Assembly: GCA_050632425.1 (NCBI GenBank)
Contig: CP192607.1
Location: 4,634,158 to 4,698,157, forward strand
Length of the DNA stretch: 64,000 bases
Origin: Pseudanabaena sp. BL-A-41
GTDB lineage: Bacteria; Cyanobacteriota; Cyanobacteriia; Pseudanabaenales; Pseudanabaenaceae
Direction of reading: 5' to 3'
Made by a program: the position numbers and the translations under genes. Under the pieces are notes generated by a model. It saw nothing but the letters and a program-made list of their open reading frames with translations. It was not told the origin of the DNA and searched no databases. Below are positions 47,747-56,357 of the stretch, one piece after another; position 1 is the stretch's first letter; every line of letters begins with the position of its first letter.

Positions 47747-48433
47747 ATGACAGCGATCGCTACTCCCCCTCTCAAAAATCAAGAGCCAATATCCCAGACA
47801 CTCGTTACCGATCAATGGATTAGTGCAACATGGGACGAGTTTGTGCAGATTCTCGAAAATCCCCTATATGCCGACTCACGATGCTATTACGACAAAAATC
47901 AATTTAGGCAAATGAGGATCGAAACTATGCCTGTTGGCTCAGAACACGCTTTAGATAACGGAATTATCTACTCCGTCCTCTTTTTGTACTGCACATTAAA
48001 AAATATCTTTTTCCAAGGTTTGATTAATGCCAGTTTTATTAAAACTGGTTTGAAAGGTTGTCAACCTGATTTGTCTTGCTACATAGGCGAGAAAGCGAAC
48101 CTAACACCACGTAGTAAATCTATCGTAAATTTAGATGAAGTTGCTGCACCAAATTTGGTAATTGAAATATCTAGCTCTACTCTTAGTGATGACCTTGGCG
48201 AAAAGAGATTACTTTATGAGAAATTGGGGACTAGCGAATATTGGGTCATTGATGTCCAAGAAGTAAAAATTATTGCCTTTGAAATGATCGATGGAGGCAG
48301 TCGTCAGATTGCAGAATCGAAGTTGTTAGGTGGTTTAGCGATCGCCGATCTCGAATTTGTCCTAAGACTCAGCCGCGAAAAATCTCAATCTGAAGTTGGG
48401 GCATGGCTTTTACAAAAATATAGCGATCGCTAG
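47747..48433 (+). CDS. Uma2-family (DUF820) putative endonuclease
   Basis: PDLSCY, ...VIEISSS...D...K...Y...G..EYWVIDV pattern. Confidence 0.75.
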   Translation: MTAIATPPLKNQEPISQTLVTDQWISATWDEFVQILENPLYADSRCYYDKNQFRQMRIETMPVGSEHALDNGIIYSVLFLYCTLKNIFFQGLINASFIKTGLKGCQPDLSCYIGEKANLTPRSKSIVNLDEVAAPNLVIEISSSTLSDDLGEKRLLYEKLGTSEYWVIDVQEVKIIAFEMIDGGSRQIAESKLLGGLAIADLEFVLRLSREKSQSEVGAWLLQKYSDR

Positions 48434-48511
48434 TTTATATATCTACTGCGCGAAGCGCAGTAGATATACTATTTGGGCATGACTTTTATAGAAATATAGC
48501 GATCGCTAGTT
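48397..48511 (+). repeat. 39-bp imperfect direct repeat of the Uma2 gene 3' end flanking a 37-bp hairpin
   Basis: tggggcatggcttttacaaaaatatagcgatcgctagtt (48397-48435) versus ttgggcatgacttttatagaaatatagcgatcgctagtt (48473-48511). Confidence 0.8.
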
Positions 48512-48526
48512 AGCGCCTTTCAAGCT

Positions 48527-48591
48527 GATATATAGCGGTTGGGATTGTTTCCCTGCTAAAGACAGGGAAACAATCCCAACCGCTATATATC
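48527..48591. repeat. 65-bp perfect palindrome related to family C
   Basis: gatatatagcggttgggattgtttccctgctaaagacagggaaacaatcccaaccgctatatatc. Confidence 0.6.
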
Positions 48592-48742
48592 TAAAAATTC
48601 ACATAAGGATTTTAAATCAGGCGTTATACTATGGTTAGATATAGGCTGCATACTATTTTCTGATTAGTTGCTAGGCTGTCTTTTGCGTGAATTCCATAGT
48701 GAATTCTACAAACACTTAAAGTTAGAAATTACAGTTGGAAAA

Positions 48743-49363
48743 ATGAGCGAACCAACTCCCTACGAAAAACTAGGAGTCCATGACGAAGCCTCCTTTGAAG
48801 AAGTGCGTGATGCACGCGATCGCCTATTGCGCGAATATGAGGGGGATGAGTCTCAACAAGAAGTAATCGAGGTTGCCTACGATGCCATCCTTATGGATCG
48901 TTTACGCGCCCGTAAAGAAGGCAAGATAGCTGTTCCTGATCGTATTCGCTATCCTGAACGCCTATCGACAGCGATTCCTGCGGCTTTACAAAATAATCCC
49001 CAACGTCGCGCTCCCTCTTGGTTATCAAGATTATTAGACAGTCCTAGTCAAAAAGACATTTACATTTCTCTGGGGATTTTTACTGGACTTGGGGCAATCA
49101 GCTTTTTTGTACCAACCGCCACCACCACTTGGCTATCGTTTGGCTTGATTGTTAGTGTCTATTTACTCACACGCAAAGAAAATCGCTTTGGACGCGCTCT
49201 GTTGATTTCCTTATCGGGGATCACTGTGGGGGTAGTGCTTGCGGCTTTGACTAACCAAGTTTTGGTATTGTCCCGTTTGGTAAGCGATGGATTTTTCCCT
49301 AGCCCCATCCAAATGGCAATTATTTTGTTAGTCATGTGGCTCCATGCTTGTTTCTTGCGTTAA
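48743..49363 (+). CDS. J-like-domain membrane protein (CPP1/CDF1-like)
   Basis: PYEKLGV...SFEEVRDARDRLL without an HPD motif, then three hydrophobic segments. The ORF opens at 48668, and ATG 48743 fits the family N-terminus. Confidence 0.6.
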   Translation: MSEPTPYEKLGVHDEASFEEVRDARDRLLREYEGDESQQEVIEVAYDAILMDRLRARKEGKIAVPDRIRYPERLSTAIPAALQNNPQRRAPSWLSRLLDSPSQKDIYISLGIFTGLGAISFFVPTATTTWLSFGLIVSVYLLTRKENRFGRALLISLSGITVGVVLAALTNQVLVLSRLVSDGFFPSPIQMAIILLVMWLHACFLR

Positions 49364-49369
49364 TCAAAC

Positions 49370-51082
49370 ATGACCTCCTCCCCTGTGAAATTTGGGATCG
49401 CACAGCTTAATCCGATCATTGGTGATTTGGTGGGTAATTGCGATCGCCTGTTGTCTGCTGTCCAAAAATTAGCGGCGCAAGGTGTGCAGCTAGTCCTGAC
49501 TCCTGAACTCTCAGTTTGTGGCTATCCGCCTCGTGACCTATTGATGCATCATCAGTTTGTACGCGATATGGACTCAGCGATCGCCGATTTAGCTCAGAAA
49601 CTTCCCCATGATGTGGCGGTGCTAGTGGGGACAGTTTCCATAAATCCTCAGGCAAGTCAGGTGGGGGGCAAGCCTCTGTTTAATAGTGCCGCTTTGCTAC
49701 AATGCGGGAAAGTACAGCAAATTTTCCATAAGCGATTGTTGCCGACCTATGACGTATTTGATGAAGATCGTTATTTTGAGGTGGGCGAGGGGAGTCAAGT
49801 TTTTACATTAAAGCTGCCAGATCGAGCGTCCTTGCGAGTGGGCGTGACTATTTGCGAGGATATTTGGAATGATGAGAAGTTTTGGGGGAAACGGAACTAT
49901 GCTGATGATCCCGTCGCGGAACTGGCGCAAAAAGAAGTAGATTTGCTGGTTAATTTATCTGCTTCTCCCTATGCGGTCGGTAAGCAGAAGTTACGAGAAG
50001 CTATGCTCAGTCATAGTGCGATCGTGCATAACTTACCCTTGCTCTATGCCAATCAAGTCGGTGCAAATGACGATCTGATTTTTGATGGGCGCAGTATGGC
50101 GTTTAATCGCGATGGGGAAATTGTGGCGCGGGGCAAGGGTTTTGATGAAGATTTGCTGGTAATTGATTTTGAGCAAGTTGCTCCAAGTCCGACTTTATCT
50201 AGCTATGAAAGTGACGATGCAGAAATCTTTGCGGCTTTGGTTCTCGGTGTGCGGGACTATGTGCAGAAATGTCGCTTTCGGAAGGTCGTCATTGGCTTAA
50301 GCGGTGGAATTGACTCGGCGCTAGTTGCAGCGATCGCTACAGAAGCGATCGGTAAAGAGAATGTCTTGGGTGTGCTAATGCCTTCTCCCTATAGTTCCGA
50401 TCATTCGATTAGCGATGCGATCGCCCTTGCCCAAAATTTAGGAATTACGACAGAAACAATTCCCATTCAGCCAATGATGTCGGCTTTTGATCATAGTTTG
50501 GCGAATCTATTTGCGGGACGTGCTAGTGATGTCGCCGAGGAGAATTTGCAATCGCGGATTCGGGGGAGCTTGCTCATGGCGATCTCCAATAAATTTGGAC
50601 ATTTGCTAATTTCTACGGGAAATAAATCCGAGGTGTCCGTGGGCTACTGCACTCTCTATGGGGATATGAATGGTGGTCTGGCGGCGATCGCTGATGTCCC
50701 GAAAACGCGAGTATTTTCGATTTGCGAATGGCTCAATCGCACTAACTCGCCGCTAGCAATTAAGCAAGATGTTGCTGAAGTTATTCCTGTAAATATCATC
50801 ACGAAGCCCCCTAGTGCCGAGCTAAAGCCCGATCAAGTCGATCAGGATTCACTGCCACCCTACGATATTCTCGATGATATTTTGCATAAGTTAATCAATC
50901 AGCATTTATCGGCAGCCGAGATTGTTGCCTCAGGACATGAGCAAGCAACGGTTGATCGCGTAGTCCGTCTGGTCAAAATTGCCGAATTCAAACGCCGCCA
51001 AGCTGCCCCTGGTTTAAAAATTACCGATCGCGCCTTTGGCTCTGGATGGAGAATGCCGATCGCCAGTAAAGTTACCCCTTAA
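49370..51082 (+). CDS. nadE: Glutamine-dependent NAD+ synthetase
   Basis: N-terminal CN-hydrolase domain (PELSVCGYPP, ICED.W) and C-terminal synthetase domain (GLSGGIDS, GNKSE...GY.TLYGD). Confidence 0.95.
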   Translation: MTSSPVKFGIAQLNPIIGDLVGNCDRLLSAVQKLAAQGVQLVLTPELSVCGYPPRDLLMHHQFVRDMDSAIADLAQKLPHDVAVLVGTVSINPQASQVGGKPLFNSAALLQCGKVQQIFHKRLLPTYDVFDEDRYFEVGEGSQVFTLKLPDRASLRVGVTICEDIWNDEKFWGKRNYADDPVAELAQKEVDLLVNLSASPYAVGKQKLREAMLSHSAIVHNLPLLYANQVGANDDLIFDGRSMAFNRDGEIVARGKGFDEDLLVIDFEQVAPSPTLSSYESDDAEIFAALVLGVRDYVQKCRFRKVVIGLSGGIDSALVAAIATEAIGKENVLGVLMPSPYSSDHSISDAIALAQNLGITTETIPIQPMMSAFDHSLANLFAGRASDVAEENLQSRIRGSLLMAISNKFGHLLISTGNKSEVSVGYCTLYGDMNGGLAAIADVPKTRVFSICEWLNRTNSPLAIKQDVAEVIPVNIITKPPSAELKPDQVDQDSLPPYDILDDILHKLINQHLSAAEIVASGHEQATVDRVVRLVKIAEFKRRQAAPGLKITDRAFGSGWRMPIASKVTP

Positions 51083-51106
51083 AAAATTCTGCGCCGCAGA
51101 ATTTTT
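51081..51106. terminator. Bidirectional stem-loop between convergent nadE and hisF
   Basis: aaaaaattctgcg-cc-gcagaattttt fills the whole 24-bp gap. Confidence 0.65.
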
Positions 51107-51877
51107 CTAAATCCCTCGCACTGGCACTTGATGAGCGCTGAGATATTCTTTAATTTCAGAAATGGTCAATTCGCCATAGTGCAGTAATGAGGCTAGCAAT
51201 GCTGCTTCGGCTCTACCCTCAGTTACCGCTTGGAGAATATGCTCGCAATTACCTGCCCCACCTGAAGCAATTACAGGTACTTCCACCAAATCGGCAACTT
51301 GGCGCGTAAGTTCAAGATCGTAACCAGCCTTGGTTCCATCAGCATCCATACTGGTCAGCAAAATTTCACCTGCACCGCGCTTAACAACTTCCTGCGCCCA
51401 CCAGAGCGCATCAAGGCTCGTATTCTCGCGTCCACCGCGTACATAGACATCCCAGCCTAAATTTTGCGGATCGTTTCTGCGACGGGCATCGATCGCCACG
51501 ACGATGCACTGATTACCAAAGCGATCGCTACTGCGATTAATTAAGTCAGGATCGTGAACGGCGGCGGAATTCATGCTGACCTTATCGGCTCCAGCCCGTA
51601 GTAGTTCGCGAATATTGTCAAGATTGCGAACACCACCACCAACGGTGAGGGGAATAAAAACCTGTTCAGCAGTGCGATAGACCACATCTAAAATCGTGCC
51701 GCGATCTTCATGGGTGGCGGTAATATCGAGGAATACCAGTTCATCGGCTCCTGCTTGGTTATAAGCCTGTGCTAGTTCTACGGGATCGCCAGCATCCTTG
51801 AGATCGACAAAGTTCACACCTTTGACGACTCGACCTGCTTTTACATCAAGACAAGGCAAAATCCGTTTCGCCAGCAT
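51107..51877 (-). CDS. hisF: Imidazole glycerol phosphate synthase cyclase subunit
   Basis: [28 protein letters not shown] and ASGGAG. Confidence 0.95.
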   Translation of the reverse strand: MLAKRILPCLDVKAGRVVKGVNFVDLKDAGDPVELAQAYNQAGADELVFLDITATHEDRGTILDVVYRTAEQVFIPLTVGGGVRNLDNIRELLRAGADKVSMNSAAVHDPDLINRSSDRFGNQCIVVAIDARRRNDPQNLGWDVYVRGGRENTSLDALWWAQEVVKRGAGEILLTSMDADGTKAGYDLELTRQVADLVEVPVIASGGAGNCEHILQAVTEGRAEAALLASLLHYGELTISEIKEYLSAHQVPVRGI

Positions 51878-51961
51878 AAGCCCTTCAACTATTCCAAAAT
51901 CACGGTAAGAGTGAATATTTTACCTTAAAAGGAAAGGGTGGCGCGAAGTACCGTCCTTTCC

Positions 51962-53638
51962 TTATTTGAGAATTACGATCTCATCGCGATCGCTTGCTTG
52001 CCGAAACTCTTCACCAAAATCACAATTTGCTAATTCCCCTAGTTGAATATTCTGCTCAAAATTGGGAATAGCGGGATTGATTTCGAGCGATCGCAAACAT
52101 AGAGACAGACGGGTGATTTCGATGGATTCCTCGACCACATCACAGCCAAAGAGATTATGCTGCAAAATATGCGCGATTACTTCCGTGGGATTCCGATGCA
52201 CAAGGGCTTCAGGATGGGGAGAGAATTTGGTTAATAGATGATGGATACGCTCATGTTCGGAAATTAAAAACTCTAGCGCCGTAGTCAGAAATACGCCTGC
52301 ACCGCATTTGGGATGCACAATTTTGATATTGAGTAAACGCTCTTGATACGCCTTGCAATATGCCAAGGTGTCTTGAGCAAACTGGCGATCGCCATCGTCA
52401 TCTTTATTTCCTAGAGACAAATGTTGCTGTAAAGTGCGAATAACGGACTCACTGTGGAGAATCGCTTTGCAAGGCAACTTGGGAGTACGTCTTTTGCTGA
52501 GATTGCCCAGATCTTTGCGATATTGCGACAATTCTTTAATGGAATCGTCAAAAAGTGCGGTCAGAATATGGCGCGTAATATCTTCACCAAAGTCAAATCG
52601 CGCAATCTCTTTAATCTGCCGACATAGCTCATCCCCCACAAACAACGCACCATCCAAAATGCGATCGCTCTCAAATAAACCCGATGGATGAGCCTCAATC
52701 GGACTGTGATAATTAGGATTTCCCTTTTGCACCCAACGAAAAATCGCCTTGTAATTTTCCCAAATATGTTGCTCTACATAGGGATTGATAAATTCATAAG
52801 CATCTTTAATCAGATGTGCGGGCAGCAAACCACGATCTTCGCAACAAGCCACAAATAAGATGCGGTTCAATAATTTCTGGGCTTGATAAATCGCGATCGC
52901 AATGACATCTTCGATATTAATTTGCGGATGCGTGTCCAAATTGCCCGTATTACGAGCTTGAGCAAGCAGTAGTAATCGATAGCGAAAATCTTTAATTAAC
53001 TGACTGCGAATTTTGTAATAGTGACTGTGAAAATTTTTGAGGACTTCGGCTTCAAGTTGGTGTGACTCCTCTAATAGCTGGGTGGTACGCGATCGCTCCT
53101 CACTGTTAGCTATGCCCCGCAAAAGTGTCCGCCGCGATAGCAAAAAATAAAAAGCCTTAAGTTGTTCTAAATCCGCTAGCGATTCCCACGCAAACCTTTG
53201 GCAAAATAGTCCTGAAACATCGCGATGATAAAGGCAGATCTCACGATAGTCCAGCACGATCATCCATTCCGTCGTCTCATGCTGCGGCTCAGGCTTGACG
53301 ATCGCCCCTTCTTCGGCAGCATTGACAATGATTTCGGCAATGACATTAACTGAAGTTTCTGTAAAAAAACCTACGGCAGGCTTGGGATGTAGCTCTAGCT
53401 CCCAAGCCCCCCCTGCCGTCTCGAAGGGGGATTTATATCCCAAAATATCAACAAAAATATCGTGTAAAAACTGCGCTTCGGCAATTAGATTCGACGGTTC
53501 ACCATCATTGGCAAAGCATAACCACCGTTGAATAATTTGAAAGCGATCGCCCAAGTCTCTCGGAAAGCCAAAGGAACTAACCCGCCTCGCGAGCGGCTTA
53601 GGATGAAACAGAGAATAATAGGGCGATCGCTGATTCAT
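51962..53638 (-). CDS. DNA-methyltransferase-like protein (Eco57I/YeeA-type N-terminal region), degenerate motif I, truncated before the catalytic NPPY motif
   Basis: E.QFLHDIFVDILGY, GLFESD, a motif I-like HPKCGAGVFL, NLFGCDVVEESIEITRLSL and NIQLGEL follow the order seen in type IIG/BREX-type MTases. The ORF stops about 20 aa later, and only 84 bp remain before hisF. Confidence 0.55.
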   Translation of the reverse strand: MNQRSPYYSLFHPKPLARRVSSFGFPRDLGDRFQIIQRWLCFANDGEPSNLIAEAQFLHDIFVDILGYKSPFETAGGAWELELHPKPAVGFFTETSVNVIAEIIVNAAEEGAIVKPEPQHETTEWMIVLDYREICLYHRDVSGLFCQRFAWESLADLEQLKAFYFLLSRRTLLRGIANSEERSRTTQLLEESHQLEAEVLKNFHSHYYKIRSQLIKDFRYRLLLLAQARNTGNLDTHPQINIEDVIAIAIYQAQKLLNRILFVACCEDRGLLPAHLIKDAYEFINPYVEQHIWENYKAIFRWVQKGNPNYHSPIEAHPSGLFESDRILDGALFVGDELCRQIKEIARFDFGEDITRHILTALFDDSIKELSQYRKDLGNLSKRRTPKLPCKAILHSESVIRTLQQHLSLGNKDDDGDRQFAQDTLAYCKAYQERLLNIKIVHPKCGAGVFLTTALEFLISEHERIHHLLTKFSPHPEALVHRNPTEVIAHILQHNLFGCDVVEESIEITRLSLCLRSLEINPAIPNFEQNIQLGELANCDFGEEFRQASDRDEIVILK

Positions 53639-53973
53639 TCATCTTTGACGGCATTTTGAGTTAGTTTCTTTTCTGCCTCTACCTCAGCAAGCAACCTTTC
53701 GCGATCTTCAGGTGACATTTCTTCAAGTTGCTTTGCCAAAACTGCCTTTTTGTAATCATCAAGTTGTTGATTGTAAGTCATTGTTTGAGTTACTGCTCGA
53801 AAGACATAGGTAGAAATCCAAGCTAACAATACACCTACAAGGACAACCTGACTCCAAACGCCTGCATTGGTTGTATCGAAGCCATAGGCGCGAAACGCCC
53901 AAAAGGCAACTCCACCAAATCCGAAAAAAGCAACCATAATTGCTATGGCATCAATGCGGCGCATAATCTTCAA
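53635..53973 (-). CDS. Small membrane protein with charged C-terminal helix (DUF3007-like by memory)
   Basis: Two hydrophobic segments followed by a KQLEEMSPEDRERLLAEVEAEKK tail. Its stop overlaps the start of the next gene (ATGA). Confidence 0.55.
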   Translation of the reverse strand: MKIMRRIDAIAIMVAFFGFGGVAFWAFRAYGFDTTNAGVWSQVVLVGVLLAWISTYVFRAVTQTMTYNQQLDDYKKAVLAKQLEEMSPEDRERLLAEVEAEKKLTQNAVKDE

Positions 53974-54024
53974 TCTCTCAAATATTTGTTTAAATCAGCG
54001 CTTAGCGCTGATTTAAAGGCATTT

Positions 54025-54255
54025 TTAAATAGTGCGTGCTTCGGGGCGGAAGTTAAAGAAGGGTGATAGTAATAACAAACCGGGGAAGAAGAAAAAGGCT
54101 AAGAAACAAATGAATACTCTTTCAAGAGAACCAGTTTTGTACCAACGCGCCTTGAAATAAAACAAAATGAGCAAAGGCAGTACAAGTAAATATGTACCTG
54201 CGATCGCGGCATACACAATTGCGGCAAGTATTGGGGCAGAGAGAAGAAACGACAT
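54025..54255 (-). CDS. ndhL: NAD(P)H-quinone oxidoreductase (NDH-1) subunit L
   Basis: A 76-aa two-TM protein with YLLVLPLLILFYFKARWY...LERVF..FLAFFFFPGLLLLSPF, as in cyanobacterial NdhL. Confidence 0.8.
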   Translation of the reverse strand: MSFLLSAPILAAIVYAAIAGTYLLVLPLLILFYFKARWYKTGSLERVFICFLAFFFFPGLLLLSPFFNFRPEARTI

Positions 54256-54378
54256 ATTTCTATACAGGTATGTGTAGATGTATCTGTTAATAGATTGTAA
54301 CAGTATAGTAATCGCGCAATCAAAAAATAGAGATAGCGCTTTGCGCTATCTCTATTTTTTGATTGCACAGGATCTATC

Positions 54379-54459
54379 GCAATCCTAAATGGTTTGTGTA
54401 AGCGCACCTTTGGGTGCGCTTACACAAACCCAAAAATCTACAAATGGATTTAGGACTGC
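54379..54459. repeat. Hairpin repeat family E, second copy
   Basis: gcaatcctaaatggtttgtgtaagcgcacctttgggtgcgcttacacaaacc...aaatggatttaggactgc. It shares the gcaatcctaaat.gtttg leader with 6487. Confidence 0.5.
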
Positions 54460-54551
54460 TCAGCTACTACAAAATTTGTGTTTGATTTTAATTTGTTAGG
54501 GTGCTAACATAAGAAACGCTGAAAATTTTACCCGAATACATCCCTAAGACT

Positions 54552-54866
54552 GTGGCACCTCAACAACAAAAGATTCGGATTCGTCTCAAAGCTTTCGATC
54601 ATCGCCTGCTAGATTCTTCCTGCGAAAAAATCGTCGAAACTGCTAATCGTACAAACGCGGCTGCCGTTGGCCCTATTCCTCTGCCAACCCGTCGTCGTAT
54701 CTACTGCGTTCTCAGATCGCCCCACGTAGATAAGGACTCTCGCGAACATTTTGAAACTCGTACCCATAGTCGGATTATCGACATTTACCAACCCTCAGCA
54801 AAAACCATCGATGCTCTCATGAAGCTCGATCTTGCTGCTGGTGTCGATATCGAAGTAAAACTCTAA
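54552..54866 (+). CDS. rpsJ: 30S ribosomal protein S10
   Basis: [17 protein letters not shown]...GPIPLPT...[26 protein letters not shown] start. Confidence 0.95.
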   Translation: MAPQQQKIRIRLKAFDHRLLDSSCEKIVETANRTNAAAVGPIPLPTRRRIYCVLRSPHVDKDSREHFETRTHSRIIDIYQPSAKTIDALMKLDLAAGVDIEVKL

Positions 54867-54886
54867 AGTTCAACCTTCAAGAAAAG

Positions 54887-54936
54887 CCCAGAATTATGGA
54901 AGTATTCAAGTATTGCTTTCATAACTCTGGGTTTTT
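54887..54936 (+). terminator. Stem-loop plus T-run after rpsJ
   Basis: cccagaattatg...cataactctggg followed by tttttc. Confidence 0.6.
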
Positions 54937-55000
54937 CTGATCAAAACGATAAAATAAGGGAGGCGTATTACACCTCCCTTATTTTATTGCTTGCTAATTA

Positions 55001-55075
55001 AGTCACTGGGCGCAATTAAATATAAAACCTCAAAACCTGTAATGCATTCTGCACTGAGGGTTTTGGCTCTGATTA
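55001..55075. mobile_element. MITE family A, diverged copy (core hairpin replaced)
   Basis: agtcactgggcgcaattaaatataaaacctcaaaacctg...gggttttggctctgatt. The left arm is near-identical to the copies at 42423 and 56400. Confidence 0.6.
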
Positions 55076-55257
55076 AAGAACCTGTTTTTGATGTCGTTGC
55101 TTCGCCGTGACATCTCCCTGTCATTTGTAGAACTTATATTTCGTCACAAATATGTTTTTATTTGTAATGGAAAAAGAGCCGTTTTCCTATACTTAAGCAG
55201 GAAGTTTCTGGTTTTCTGGTTATTAGTAAATATTAGTGAAATATATACGGAATAAAA

Positions 55258-56280
55258 ATGCTGAAAAAGCTCAAGCTTAATCACCTTCTTGCCTTTGCCC
55301 TTGCGGCGATCGCTGCCATCATGTCCATGACAATTGGGCAAAGTTGGGAGCCTGTGGTAGCTCAGAATCAGTCACAAAATCAAGTTCAAAAGCAAGCCCA
55401 AAAACCTACGGAAGTTCCCCTTCAAACTATTAGCTTGCAAAATGCAGGTTTACAGTTGCAAGAAGTTGCTCAAGGTGTATATGCACTGATTGCTAGTACT
55501 GATTTTCCACCTGCGAGTCCTGCGGTCGCGATCGCTAATGGCGGGATTGTCATCGGTAGCGAGAGTGTGTTGGTGATTGACCCATTTCAAACCTCAGATT
55601 TAGCTGAGCTATTGATTGCGACAGTAAAATCCCTGACAGATAAGCCGATCAAGTATGTTTTGAATACCCATTATCACTTTGACCATACAGGCGGTAACGT
55701 TGCCTTTGTAAAGCAAAATATTCCTGTGATCGGACGTGGTGTAATTCGTGAATATATCCAGAGCGGAAAAAATAATACTAATGGCATTACTCCACCAACG
55801 GTGATTGTCAATAGCCAAACTGATATTTGGTTAGGCGATCGCCAAGTCCGCATTGAACGTGTCGATGGACATTCGGCGGGTACTGATCTGGTTGCCTATG
55901 TTCCCGATGCCAAAGTCCTATTTACAGGCGATATGGTTTTCAATAAGCGGATTCCCTACACTGGCGATAGCGATATTCGTCAATGGCAAGGCAGCTTGTA
56001 CCGCTTGATTGCCACTTTCCCTGAGGCAAAGGTTGTCCCCGGACATGGTGATGTCACTGATGTCACTGGTTTACAAGCTCAGCAGGCTTATTTCAGTTGG
56101 TTAGAGCGTACAGCTTTGGAATGGAAGGCTCAGATTTTAACCAAGGAGCAAGTACTAGAAAAATTTGCCAGAGTCCCTGATGCTTACAAAGACTACAAAT
56201 TTAAAGGGATCTATCCTCTAAATTTAGAGTCCGCCTATGAGCAATTTACTCGTAGCAAGACTATTCCCTTGATTCCTTAA
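55258..56280 (+). CDS. Secreted metallo-beta-lactamase-fold hydrolase (complete metal-ligand set)
   Basis: Signal peptide, Gln-rich linker, HYHFDHTGG (55669-55686), DGHSAGT, TGDMVF and PGHGD. Confidence 0.8.
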   Translation: MLKKLKLNHLLAFALAAIAAIMSMTIGQSWEPVVAQNQSQNQVQKQAQKPTEVPLQTISLQNAGLQLQEVAQGVYALIASTDFPPASPAVAIANGGIVIGSESVLVIDPFQTSDLAELLIATVKSLTDKPIKYVLNTHYHFDHTGGNVAFVKQNIPVIGRGVIREYIQSGKNNTNGITPPTVIVNSQTDIWLGDRQVRIERVDGHSAGTDLVAYVPDAKVLFTGDMVFNKRIPYTGDSDIRQWQGSLYRLIATFPEAKVVPGHGDVTDVTGLQAQQAYFSWLERTALEWKAQILTKEQVLEKFARVPDAYKDYKFKGIYPLNLESAYEQFTRSKTIPLIP

Positions 56281-56283
56281 ACT

Positions 56284-56316
56284 AATAAAGAGCGTCCCTA
56301 AGGGATGCTCTTTATT
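56284..56316 (+). terminator. Stem-loop after the first MBL gene
   Basis: aataaagagcgtccct-a-agggatgctctttatt followed by gtttt. Confidence 0.6.
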
Positions 56317-56357
56317 GTTTTGCTAGCAGCTTCACAATCTAGTTCTAAGGAAGCATT

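Noticed and set aside
54099-54407. 102-aa ORF overlapping ndhL in another frame
   Set aside because: The NdhL frame has a clear family match. The alternative frame runs into the hairpin repeats.
55144-55341. 65-aa minus-strand ORF spanning the start of the first MBL gene
   Set aside because: It is antisense to a supported CDS start and shows no motif.
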